A stretch of 64,000 nt of DNA from Anaerolineae bacterium (lineage in GTDB: Bacteria; Chloroflexota; Anaerolineae; 4572-78; NAK82), in the NCBI GenBank assembly GCA_034436775.1, contig DAOTVI010000067.1, positions 9,173 through 73,172 of the forward strand. The letters are read 5' to 3'. Below the pieces are notes generated by a model. That model was not told the origin of the DNA. It saw only the letters and a program-made list of their open reading frames with translations, and searched no databases. The position numbers and the translations under genes were made by a program. Shown piece after piece: positions 29,243 through 37,603 of this stretch (position 1 is the first letter of the stretch; each line of letters starts with the position of its first letter).

Positions 29243-29325
29243 TGCCCCGGAGTGGACTCGAACCACCACGCCCATTCGGGCACAGGCCCTCAACCTGCTG
29301 CGTATGCCAATTCCGCCACCGGGGC
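29243..29325 (-). tRNA. tRNA-Leu (anticodon GAG), type II with a long variable arm
   Basis: GCCCCGGTGGCGGAATTGGCATACGCAGCAGGTTGAGGGCCTGTGCCCGAATGGGCGTGGTGGTTCGAGTCCACTCCGGGGCA. 7-bp acceptor stem, anticodon loop TTGAGGG, variable stem GCCC/GGGC, T-loop TTCGAGT. CCA is not encoded. Confidence 0.9.
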
Positions 29326-29345
29326 GCCACTGAACTCCATAAATC

Positions 29346-29375
29346 ATTATAACGCCAAACCCCCTCGCCTGTCAA
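29346..29375 (-). promoter_or_regulatory. Consensus sigma-70 promoter for tRNA-Leu
   Basis: Minus strand reads TTGACA (29375-29370), an 18-nt spacer, then TATAAT (29351-29346). The mature tRNA 5' end lies 21 nt downstream of the -10 element. Confidence 0.55.
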
Positions 29376-29394
29376 AGTTGCGCGAGCGAGGGGG
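29360..29394 (-). terminator. Hairpin terminator after the CcsA-like gene, overlapping the tRNA promoter
   Basis: CCCCCTCGC / GCGAGGGGG form a 9-bp stem with a 17-nt loop. On the minus strand it is followed by TTTGGCGTT. The loop contains the tRNA -35 box. Confidence 0.4.
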
Positions 29395-29461
29395 TGCCTT
29401 TCGACCCCGGTGCGGGGGATGTATAGACCCTTTTGGTCGCCCTGCGCACCCCCACCGGGAT

Positions 29462-30238
29462 TCAGGCGGTGACGAGGAACATCGCGCCCAGCAGTACCAG
29501 TGCCGCCAGTGCCAACCCATGCACCATGCGCGTCATGGACATGCCGGTCATCATCTGCCACAACGATGCCGCCATGATAAACGCCCAGGCGATGAACAAC
29601 GTGACGACATCCGCCCGCGCCACCTCACCCCACACCAACCAGGCACGCCCCGCCGCAGCGGCCAACGCCAGCAGCGTGCCCCAGAGAGCGATGCGTAGCG
29701 TCCCATCGCCCAGCTGTTCCGCCCGAGAAGCTGCAAGCGCCGGGGTCGGACGCAGCCGGATGAGCAGTCCGGCGCCATATGTCAGGAGTGTCCCGGCAGC
29801 GACCACTGCGGCGAGCTCGCGGATCGCGATCAGAGGCCATGCCCGTGGGTTGCCGGTCAGCGCCTCGCCGTTCCCTGCCCCCCAGGATGCCAGGGCAACC
29901 CCATAGGCGACCACCGCGCAACCGTACAGGCAGGGACTTACGGGGGATTTGGACACGCGTCGCGCCAAGAGGGTGTAGATCGCCAGTGCAGCCAGCGCCA
30001 GCGGGGGCAACCACGCCGCGCGCCACGGGAGTGGCGGCCACGTCAATGCCACATAGCCCGCCCATCCCGCCGTGCCGATCAACAGCCCCAGACGCGTGAG
30101 CAGCCTGGCCATCTGGAGGTGCCCGGCGGTCTCCTCCACCCGGAGCGCGTCCGCTACGTACAGGCCGAAGGCCACCAGCCACATCAGCACCGTGGCCGTC
30201 CCACAGGCCTGAAGCATCAGAGGCGCTTGCGCGGTCAT
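29462..30238 (-). CDS. Polytopic membrane protein, cytochrome c assembly CcsA/HemX (YpjD)-like
   Basis: 258 aa with about 8 TM helices. The C-terminal region WLVWGEVARAD sits where CcsA has WGxxWxWD, and the Trp residues are not conserved. It lies directly downstream of a ResB-like gene. Confidence 0.45.
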   Translation of the reverse strand: MTAQAPLMLQACGTATVLMWLVAFGLYVADALRVEETAGHLQMARLLTRLGLLIGTAGWAGYVALTWPPLPWRAAWLPPLALAALAIYTLLARRVSKSPVSPCLYGCAVVAYGVALASWGAGNGEALTGNPRAWPLIAIRELAAVVAAGTLLTYGAGLLIRLRPTPALAASRAEQLGDGTLRIALWGTLLALAAAAGRAWLVWGEVARADVVTLFIAWAFIMAASLWQMMTGMSMTRMVHGLALAALVLLGAMFLVTA

Positions 30239-30264
30239 CTGTCCCGACCCTCCTCACCGACGGA

Positions 30265-31779
30265 TCAACCGCCCAGGGTGCGCAATCGCTCGAGCGGAGG
30301 CGAATGGGGGGCCAGGGTGTCCACCCAGATGGTCATGCGACAGCCACCTGCCGCGTCCTCCGTCCGCACGACCAACCATATCGGGCGGCACCACGTCAGC
30401 GACCCACCGCCGAGGGCGACGCCCAGCCATCCCAATGCTGCCATGATCCACCACGCGCCTTGCTGGACGCGCAGCTGGACATCGTGGCTCAGAGAAGCCT
30501 GATACCGTACCCCGTCAAAGAGGACTTCATCCCCATCGCTGAGGGTGGCGGTCCCCATGGGGGCTGTCTCGACCCCGCGGAAGAAACTCAGCGTCAACTG
30601 GCCCGGCGATGCATGGGGCTCCGAAGCACGTCCGAAGCGCAAGGTGACATTTCGGGCAGGAAGGCTGACAAAACTGGCATCCTCCTCGTCCGCAAGGGAC
30701 AGGCGTGCGCGCGGCCGGGCATGCGCACGAGGCACAAAGGACCACAGCTCCAACGTCTCGCCGTCCTGGGCATCCTGGGCGGTCACTTCCACCATCGGGG
30801 TGATGTCCACCACCGTCCACCACATCCCGCCGATCATCCTTCCGGCGTGCAGCGGCAGGGTGATCGGCGCACCGCCGGATTCCGCCTCGCCATGGCGCAC
30901 CTGCACCACGCCCTCCGACGGAGCGAGCGGGTCGCCGACGATCCGGGTGTCCTCCAGCCAAAGGACCAGCTCTGGAAGGCCCGGCACCGTAGTTGCTTGA
31001 CCGGGTTGTAGTCTCAGGACATAGGCCCGGCCCAGCCAGCTGTGCAACAATAACCCCATAGCCAGCAGGGCCAGGCCGACGTAAAGGCTGCACAGTGCCC
31101 ACCAGCCCAGGTGTCGGCGCCACGCCAATCCCACCTGCGCGCGCGGATCGCCGCGCACCGTGTATCCATCCTGTGCCAGCTGTTGCATCGTGTGCGCAAA
31201 CACGTGTTCGGCCGCTGCAGCGCGCCACACAGCCAGTCCCAACGGACGACCGAGTGCCGGGGGTGTCTCATCCGGGCTTCTCGCGAGCAATCTGGCCGGC
31301 TCCGAACGCGCCCTGGTGCGCTGCCACGCCACCGGCAATGCCGAAGTGCACACAGCCAATGCGTGGAGGAGCAGCACCGCCAACGGCAGCCGTAACCATG
31401 CCGAAGTGCGCAGCTGGAAAAAACCCAGTGCCCGCAGATCGTCCACCAACGGCCACAGAAACGGGGGCATCTTTGCGAACCACTGGCTATACACCAACGG
31501 TTCGTCCAGAGAATAGGGGGATTGTGGGATGATTTGGCTGAGGCCAATGAGGCCACTCAGCCAGAGCAAAGCCACCATAGTCACATGTGGGCTGGTCCAC
31601 ACGCGCCATACCAGGGCAGGCCAGTCGGTCGCCCGGGTGGGGCGTGCGGATCTTCCCTCTTCGATGGACACTTCGCTGGACACGTCCGTACGCCTTTCTG
31701 TCGCGGAGAGCAGGGCAAGAGGACGGTTCGAAGAAGGGATGGTTTCCTTCACGAGATCCCGCAGGCCGGGCGCCGGCAT
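30265..31779 (-). CDS. ResB/Ccs1-like cytochrome c biogenesis membrane protein
   Basis: N-terminal TM ending ...GLIGLSQIIPQ and a second TM (LGFFQLRTSAWLRLPLAVLLLHALAVC) match the ResB pattern. It also has a large extracytoplasmic domain and a C-terminal TM. The exact start is uncertain. Confidence 0.6.
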   Translation of the reverse strand: MPAPGLRDLVKETIPSSNRPLALLSATERRTDVSSEVSIEEGRSARPTRATDWPALVWRVWTSPHVTMVALLWLSGLIGLSQIIPQSPYSLDEPLVYSQWFAKMPPFLWPLVDDLRALGFFQLRTSAWLRLPLAVLLLHALAVCTSALPVAWQRTRARSEPARLLARSPDETPPALGRPLGLAVWRAAAAEHVFAHTMQQLAQDGYTVRGDPRAQVGLAWRRHLGWWALCSLYVGLALLAMGLLLHSWLGRAYVLRLQPGQATTVPGLPELVLWLEDTRIVGDPLAPSEGVVQVRHGEAESGGAPITLPLHAGRMIGGMWWTVVDITPMVEVTAQDAQDGETLELWSFVPRAHARPRARLSLADEEDASFVSLPARNVTLRFGRASEPHASPGQLTLSFFRGVETAPMGTATLSDGDEVLFDGVRYQASLSHDVQLRVQQGAWWIMAALGWLGVALGGGSLTWCRPIWLVVRTEDAAGGCRMTIWVDTLAPHSPPLERLRTLGG

Positions 31780-31789
31780 CCGGAGCGGT

Positions 31790-32011
31790 CTACTCGCTGC
31801 TCTCGGATGCTTTCAACTCGGCCAGGCGGATATACGCTTGCCGGCGCGTTTCCTCGGCCGCGCTGCGCGCCTCTTCCAGGGTTCTCGCCCAGCGTTCCTG
31901 CAGACGGCGTCGCACTTCGCGACCGGATTGGGGCACAAGCAAGATGGCCAGAGCCCAACCCAGCGCCAGCCCGATGCCGAAGCCCGCCATAAATCGGAAA
32001 AAACGCATCAC
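31790..32011 (-). CDS. YtxH domain-containing small membrane-anchored protein
   Basis: FMAGFGIGLALGWALAILLVPQSGREVRRRLQE is a typical YtxH N-terminus, followed by a charged helix. Confidence 0.7.
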   Translation of the reverse strand: MMRFFRFMAGFGIGLALGWALAILLVPQSGREVRRRLQERWARTLEEARSAAEETRRQAYIRLAELKASESSE

Positions 32012-32035
32012 CGCCGCTCCTCAAAAGCGGTGCCT

Positions 32036-32683
32036 TCAGCGGCCAATGCCGAACAGCCCTCCCAGGCACCCAGAACGCGATTGCAACATGACCATCCGCT
32101 GCAGATCCTGCATCCTGGCTTCGAGCTCGGCACGCAGGGCCTCACGACGTGCTTCCTGCTCGCGTCCCAGTTGCGCCATCTGACGTTCCAATTCCAGCAT
32201 GCGCTCCCGCAGACGGGCATTCTCCTCTTTCAGGTTGAAGTTGTCCTGCAACACCACCCCGAGCAGCTCGCGGTTTGCCGCCTGACTGTTGAGGACGGCC
32301 TGCTGACTGGTCGCGACATTATGCAAAGTATCGCTGATGAAGGCAATTGCCGGCGCAATCGGCAGGGCCGGCGGACCGACCACCGGCGTCTCGGGCTGCT
32401 CCGGTGTAGGAGACTCTGGGGACGGTTGTGCGGCAGTGCGCAGGGCGTCGAGGCGCTGGCGCACCTCATCGTGGCTGAGACCCTCGCTCAGCAACCCCTT
32501 TACCATGATCAGCGTCGCCAGGTCCTCGTCGGTGTAACGGCGGGGATGCTCCGCGTCATTGGAGCGCGCCGCCTGCGACAGGAAGTCGGCAAACTGCTCC
32601 GTCCATTGATGCAGCGTGAACGCCGAGACCTCCAGACGCGCCGCTACCTCTTGCGGATGGCGATAACGGATCGAATCGGCCAT
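32036..32683 (-). CDS. MerR-family HTH protein with a C-terminal coiled coil
   Basis: HTH region QEVAARLEVSAFTLHQWTEQF...RRYTDEDLATLIMVKGL, a Pro-rich linker, then heptad-rich LKEENARLRERMLELERQMAQL. Confidence 0.75.
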   Translation of the reverse strand: MADSIRYRHPQEVAARLEVSAFTLHQWTEQFADFLSQAARSNDAEHPRRYTDEDLATLIMVKGLLSEGLSHDEVRQRLDALRTAAQPSPESPTPEQPETPVVGPPALPIAPAIAFISDTLHNVATSQQAVLNSQAANRELLGVVLQDNFNLKEENARLRERMLELERQMAQLGREQEARREALRAELEARMQDLQRMVMLQSRSGCLGGLFGIGR

Positions 32684-32734
32684 ACCTCATTCCACCTTTC
32701 CCTTGGAAGTGAGCGGCTCCCTGACGCCGCTCCT

Positions 32735-33073
32735 TTAATCGTCCAGCACACGGTAGGTCGTGTCAATCACCTCTGCCTCGGAATCGGGTGTGCTCTCGCG
32801 CTTGGTTCCCCGGCGCAGCTGCTCCACCACCTCACGCGGACATAGCGCCAGGAACAGGTTCAGTCCAACCAGCAAGGCAAGTGTGTCGTCCAGCTGACCC
32901 AGTCCAAAGATAGGGTCGGGACTTATGTCAATAGGCGACAGGATATACAGCACGGTGAGCAGGGGGATGAACTTCATCCACAAGGGCACACGGCGGTCGA
33001 ACAACAGCCGTATGATCAGAAAGATCTCTTGCAACAGCCGGGTCAAAAGAGCCGCTTTATGGTGGACGCCCAT
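32735..33073 (-). CDS. DUF1232 (YkvA-like) membrane protein
   Basis: Contains the LYILSPIDISPDPIFGLGQLDD signature typical of DUF1232. Confidence 0.75.
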   Translation of the reverse strand: MGVHHKAALLTRLLQEIFLIIRLLFDRRVPLWMKFIPLLTVLYILSPIDISPDPIFGLGQLDDTLALLVGLNLFLALCPREVVEQLRRGTKRESTPDSEAEVIDTTYRVLDD

Positions 33074-33292
33074 CCTTTACCGGTTGAACTCCATTGCCGT
33101 TCTGTCAGGGTATACCCTTCGAATCCGTCTCTTGCCCACAACCTGAGCTCCCATTATAGACGAGGCCATCCCAAAGGGCAAAGTCAGTGCGCACCTGCGC
33201 CCAGCAGAGCGCTTGCCCTTCCCCCCAAGGGCTGCTACAATCTCTCGCAAAAGGCTCTCTCAAAAGAAATTGAAGCAGGGTGCCTACGAGCG

Positions 33293-33565
33293 ATGGACAG
33301 ACGAAATCTCTGGCAGCGTATGAATGGCCCTACGAAGGTGGGAATCGTGTTTGCCGCCCTGGGGATCATCCTCACCATCATTGGGGTGATACGAGATCCC
33401 ACGACACCGGTGACCGCCTGGTCGCTTGGCGTGGGGGCGCTTATTTCCGGCGCCACATGGGGGCTGGTCAGCTGGGCGATTGCCACCGCCGCCGTCGAGG
33501 TGGAACGCGATTTAGCGCGCCAGACCGCGGACGAACCCGATCACCCCGAAAAGCATGCCACGTAA
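33293..33565 (+). CDS. Small membrane protein (90 aa), hypothetical
   Basis: Two hydrophobic helices (VGIVFAALGIILTIIGVI, GVGALISGATWGLVSWAIATAAV). Start taken at ATG 33293; the upstream part of the ORF-track frame overlaps the divergent gene region. Confidence 0.5.
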   Translation: MDRRNLWQRMNGPTKVGIVFAALGIILTIIGVIRDPTTPVTAWSLGVGALISGATWGLVSWAIATAAVEVERDLARQTADEPDHPEKHAT

Positions 33566-33956
33566 GTTGTTGATGCTCGCCGCGTTGGGGGGCATAGCCG
33601 CCGCAGCCGTGCTCACCGGGCTCACCGTATACCTCACGGTGAGCCATCGCGTGCCCCGCCTGATACCTCCAGGCCTGGCCAGTTGGCTTTTGTTGCTTTT
33701 TGTGTTGGTATTCTCATTGGGTGAACTGCCGCCTATGATCCTGGCATTGCGCCGTATGGTGCGTCGCGCTTCAGATCCTCTCGGCAGCGCTTTAGCTATG
33801 CTCACGACCGCTGCCTTTGTGTTCTTTGCGGCCTTCTATGCCGCCCCCTTCACCGTGCTGACGGGCCAGGTCGTGGTCGGCATCGCATTGGCAGCATTGT
33901 GTTTGCTGCGCTTGCTCTGCGTGTGGCTGTTTGTGCCCACGCATAAAGCTTGCTAG
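33555..33956 (+). CDS. Membrane protein (133 aa, about 4 TM), hypothetical
   Basis: Strongly hydrophobic ORF overlapping the preceding gene by 11 nt. No recognisable family. Confidence 0.55.
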   Translation: MPRKLLMLAALGGIAAAAVLTGLTVYLTVSHRVPRLIPPGLASWLLLLFVLVFSLGELPPMILALRRMVRRASDPLGSALAMLTTAAFVFFAAFYAAPFTVLTGQVVVGIALAALCLLRLLCVWLFVPTHKAC

Positions 33957-33980
33957 ACTGCAATCCGAGGTGATGACCCG

Positions 33981-34799
33981 ATGGCCGATGTACAACGCAC
34001 AACCTACCGATCTCCTGAAGAGCTGCGCGCGATCCACGCGTTGGTGATCGATATGGACGGCGTGCTCTGGCGTGGCGATATCCCTGTGCCGGGCCTGCAT
34101 GCCCTCTTTGAGCTGCTGCGCAGCCGTCCGATTCGCTTCCGCCTGGCGACCAACAACCCCACCCGTACCCCGGAGCAGTATGTCGCCAAGCTGGCGCGTA
34201 TGGGGGTACAGGTGGCGCCGGAGGAAATCCTCACCTCCGCGATCGTCACAGCACGCTATGTGGCCGGCCACATGCCGGGAGCACGCGTCTACGTGATCGG
34301 CATGGACGGTCTGCGTCAGGCGCTGATCGATCACGGCTTGCAGCTCAGCGACGGCGACGCAGCGGACTATGTGGTGGTGGGGCTGGACACGCAGCTGACC
34401 TATGCCAAACTGGCCGAAGCCACCTTGCTCATCCGTGCCGGCGCGCGTTTCATCGGGTGTAACCCGGACGTCACCCTGCCGAGCGAGCGCGGTTTGATGC
34501 CCGGCAACGGCGCGACACTGGCCTACCTGCAGGCGGCAACCGGTGTCGCCCCGCTGATCATCGGCAAGCCGGAACGGGCCATCTTCGACGCGGCGTTAGA
34601 GGCGATGCAAGTGCCTGCCGAACAAGCCGCCACGCTGGGCGACCGCCTGGAAACCGACATCCTGGGTGGCCAACGGGCCGGGATGCGCAGCATTCTGGTG
34701 CTCAGCGGCGCCACCGATGCCAGCCAGCTCGCCCACAGCCCGATCCAGCCCGACTGGGTGTTCGAAAGCATTCAGGAGCTGGCAGCGGCCTGGCCATGA
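33981..34799 (+). CDS. HAD-IIA family hydrolase (NagD/sugar-phosphatase-like)
   Basis: Motif I VIDMDGVLW, ATNNPTRT, and C-terminal GDRLETDILGG. Confidence 0.85.
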   Translation: MADVQRTTYRSPEELRAIHALVIDMDGVLWRGDIPVPGLHALFELLRSRPIRFRLATNNPTRTPEQYVAKLARMGVQVAPEEILTSAIVTARYVAGHMPGARVYVIGMDGLRQALIDHGLQLSDGDAADYVVVGLDTQLTYAKLAEATLLIRAGARFIGCNPDVTLPSERGLMPGNGATLAYLQAATGVAPLIIGKPERAIFDAALEAMQVPAEQAATLGDRLETDILGGQRAGMRSILVLSGATDASQLAHSPIQPDWVFESIQELAAAWP

Positions 34800-35908
34800 A
34801 CGCGTTCTCGCAAGCGCCATCCTCCCCCGCCGCCGAGAAGAGTGCACTTCCACAGCGCCTCAGCGTGCTCGATCTGGAGCAGCTCCAGCTCCAGCAGCTC
34901 CTGCAAGCGTGGGGCGAGCCCGCCTATCGCGCCAGACAGGTGTGGCACGGCCTCTACCGCCAGCTGGCGGCCACGCCTGAGACGCTGAGCGACCTGCCCA
35001 AGGCACTGCGCGTCCGGCTCAGCGAGGAGACCGTCTGGGATCCACTCCTTCCACTGGCAACCTTGCGCTCGCGGGATGGACAGACACACAAGGTGCTTTT
35101 CGCCCTGCCCGATGGTGCTCAAGTGGAAGCCGTGCTGATGAATTATGCCCGGCGGCACACCGTCTGTCTGAGCACTCAAGCGGGCTGCGCCATCGGATGT
35201 CCCTTCTGTGCCACCGGGCAGAGCGGTTTCCAGCGCAATCTGAGCGTGGGCGAGATCGTTGCCCAGGTGCTCTATTTCGCCCGTCAGGTCGCCGCTCAGG
35301 GAGCGCGCATCACCAACGTGGTGTGGATGGGAATGGGCGAACCGCTGGCGAATTATGAAGCGACCTGGGCCGCCATCCGCCGTCTGAACGACCCGGAGGG
35401 ATTTGGCTTGGGAGCACGCGCGATGACCCTGTCCACGGTGGGGCTCGTGCCCGGCATCCGCCGCATGGCCCACGAGCCGGAACAGGTGAATCTGGCCGTT
35501 TCGCTGCACGCCGCCAACGACGCGTTGCGCGACCAACTGGTGCCGATCAACCGGCGCTTCCCGCTGGCCGAGCTGCTGGAAGCATGTCGCTATTACATCG
35601 CCCAGACCCACCGGCGTGTCTCGTTCGAGTACGCTCTGATCGCCGATGTGAATGACCGCGACGAGGATGCCCACCAACTGGCGGAGCTGCTGGGCGGCCT
35701 GTTGGCTCACGTGAACCTGATCCCCCTCAACCCCACGCCCGACAGTTCTCTGCGCCCCTCTCCGCGTGCGCGCGTCCAAGCTTTCCAGCGCATCCTGCAC
35801 CATCATCATATCCCCTGTACTGTGCGGCTGCGCCGCGGTCTGGACATCCAGGCCGGTTGCGGTCAGCTGCGTTTGCACCAGAAGCGGACAGGGAACGCCA
35901 CCACTTAG
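34796..35908 (+). CDS. rlmN: 23S rRNA/tRNA (adenine-C2)-methyltransferase, radical SAM
   Basis: Radical-SAM cluster CAIGCPFCATG, MGMGEPLANY and EYALI blocks. ATGA overlap with the upstream gene. Confidence 0.92.
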   Translation: MNAFSQAPSSPAAEKSALPQRLSVLDLEQLQLQQLLQAWGEPAYRARQVWHGLYRQLAATPETLSDLPKALRVRLSEETVWDPLLPLATLRSRDGQTHKVLFALPDGAQVEAVLMNYARRHTVCLSTQAGCAIGCPFCATGQSGFQRNLSVGEIVAQVLYFARQVAAQGARITNVVWMGMGEPLANYEATWAAIRRLNDPEGFGLGARAMTLSTVGLVPGIRRMAHEPEQVNLAVSLHAANDALRDQLVPINRRFPLAELLEACRYYIAQTHRRVSFEYALIADVNDRDEDAHQLAELLGGLLAHVNLIPLNPTPDSSLRPSPRARVQAFQRILHHHHIPCTVRLRRGLDIQAGCGQLRLHQKRTGNATT

Positions 35909-35969
35909 GCCACACCCGGTGGCGTCGTGCGCCCAGAACGTCTCCACCTGAACAGCTTTTCCATCACTC

Positions 35970-35987
35970 CTTAACACTTTCTTAACC
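35970..35987 (+). promoter_or_regulatory. Direct repeat CTTAAC-N5-CTTAAC (11-bp phasing), candidate OmpR-family response-regulator site
   Basis: CTTAACActttCTTAACC, with a TATGCT -10-like hexamer 10 nt downstream (35998-36003). It lies upstream of the 36079 gene and next to an OmpR-type RR. Confidence 0.3.
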
Positions 35988-36078
35988 GACCATGATGTAT
36001 GCTGGAGATGCATCCCAACGATCGGTTTACCGATCCGGATGACACCGATCCATTGAGGAACGAAAGGAGAAAGGAACG

Positions 36079-36714
36079 ATGTGGAGGACGGTTAAGTTTG
36101 CTCTGGCAGGTGTGTTGGTAGTCGGAATACTGGCCACGCTCGTGGCGACCGGCAGTGCGCTGGCACAGGAAATGGCGCCCTCCGAGACGCCGCAGACGCC
36201 TGGCATAGGGTGGGGACGCGGCTGGCCGGGTGGCTTCCGGTTGGGCATATGCGGCCAGGCGGGCCTCGAAGCCGCCGCAAAGGCGCTCAACCTCACCACC
36301 GAGCAGCTGATGGCGGAGCTGTGGGGTGGCCGTACCCCAGCCGAGCTGGCCGACCGCGCCGGCGTGTCTCTGACGGCGGTGCGCGATGCCGTACAAGCCG
36401 CGTGCCGGGACGCGCAGAAGCAGATGATCGAACAGGCTGTCCAGAACGGCCGCCTCAGCCGTGAGAAAGCGGACTGGCTCATCGAAGGCCTGGAGAAAGG
36501 CTTCTGGGGATTGGGTTCAGGCGCATGGCGGGATGGTTGCAGCTGCTTCTGTCGCGGAGCCGGCATGGGCTGTGGCATGGGCACCTTCTGGGACGAGGGA
36601 CCTCGAGGGCCGATGGGACCACGGGGCAAGTTCGGCGGCTTTATGTGTGGTCCGGGCGGGATGCAGGATTGGTCGAGCCGCCCTAGGGGCGGCTGGCAAC
36701 AGTGCCCACAGTAG
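36079..36714 (+). CDS. Secreted protein with a DUF2680-like helical segment and a Cys/Met/Gly-rich tail
   Basis: Signal peptide VKFALAGVLVVGILATLVATGSALA. LTTEQLMAEL...QKQMIEQAVQNGRLSREKADWLIEGLEKG resembles DUF2680 (recalled). Tail reads GCSCFCRGAGMGCGMG...FMCGPGGM. Confidence 0.6.
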   Translation: MWRTVKFALAGVLVVGILATLVATGSALAQEMAPSETPQTPGIGWGRGWPGGFRLGICGQAGLEAAAKALNLTTEQLMAELWGGRTPAELADRAGVSLTAVRDAVQAACRDAQKQMIEQAVQNGRLSREKADWLIEGLEKGFWGLGSGAWRDGCSCFCRGAGMGCGMGTFWDEGPRGPMGPRGKFGGFMCGPGGMQDWSSRPRGGWQQCPQ

Positions 36715-36910
36715 CCCACCGCGTAGGGTAGTCGTGACGCCCGCCAGCATAGCGCTGGCGCACAGGATGAAGATCGGGATGTTCTGGATGCTCTGCAGGG
36801 TGTCCGGAACATCCCCTTTGTTTATCCCATGCCGCCTAGGACTTTAGTGGCAATTTGGACTATCATAGGACAGTGAGTTCAAGCCCTGTCGTATTGGGGG
36901 GGATGCAAAC

Positions 36911-37603
36911 ATGGGCAAAACCATCCTGGTGGTGGACGACCAAGCCAATGTGCGCCGGCTGTTGCGCGAATATCTCGAGGAAGAGGGCTTCCACGTGGTC
37001 GTTGCCGAGAACGGGCGGGATGCGCTCTATGCAGCGCGGCGGGAAAAACCCGACCTGATTCTGCTCGACCTCATGATGCCGGAAATGAGCGGCTACGAGT
37101 TCATGCGCACGTTCACCAAGGAACAGGACACCCCGATCATCCTCCTCACCGCCAAGCTGGAGGAATCGGACAAGGTGTTAGGGTTGGAGCTGGGCGCCGA
37201 TGACTACATCACCAAGCCTTTCAGCATGCGCGAGCTGGTGGCGCGCATCCGTGCCGTGCTGCGGCGCGTGGAGAAGGGGGCTTCTGATTCGGAAGTGTTG
37301 CGTGTCGCGGATATCACCCTGGACCGCGGTGCGCGCACGGTCACAGTGGGCGGGCGCAACGTGCGCCTGACACCCACTGAGTTCGAGCTGCTGGCCACGC
37401 TGATGGCAGCACCAGGACGCGTCTTCTCGCGCGCTGCCCTGTTGGAGGCGATACAGGGCGTCTCGATCGAAACTATGGAGCGCGCCATTGACGTGCACAT
37501 CCGCAACTTGCGCACCAAGATCGAACCGGACGCGAGCCATCCACGCTATGTCGAAACGGTCTTCGGGGTGGGTTATCGCGTGCGCCCTCCGGAAGAAGGA
37601 TGA
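36911..37603 (+). CDS. OmpR/PhoB-family response regulator
   Basis: Receiver domain (ILVVDD, phospho-Asp in LILLDLMMP, TAK) and a winged-helix output domain (LTPTEFELLATL, VFGVGYR). Confidence 0.92.
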   Translation: MGKTILVVDDQANVRRLLREYLEEEGFHVVVAENGRDALYAARREKPDLILLDLMMPEMSGYEFMRTFTKEQDTPIILLTAKLEESDKVLGLELGADDYITKPFSMRELVARIRAVLRRVEKGASDSEVLRVADITLDRGARTVTVGGRNVRLTPTEFELLATLMAAPGRVFSRAALLEAIQGVSIETMERAIDVHIRNLRTKIEPDASHPRYVETVFGVGYRVRPPEEG

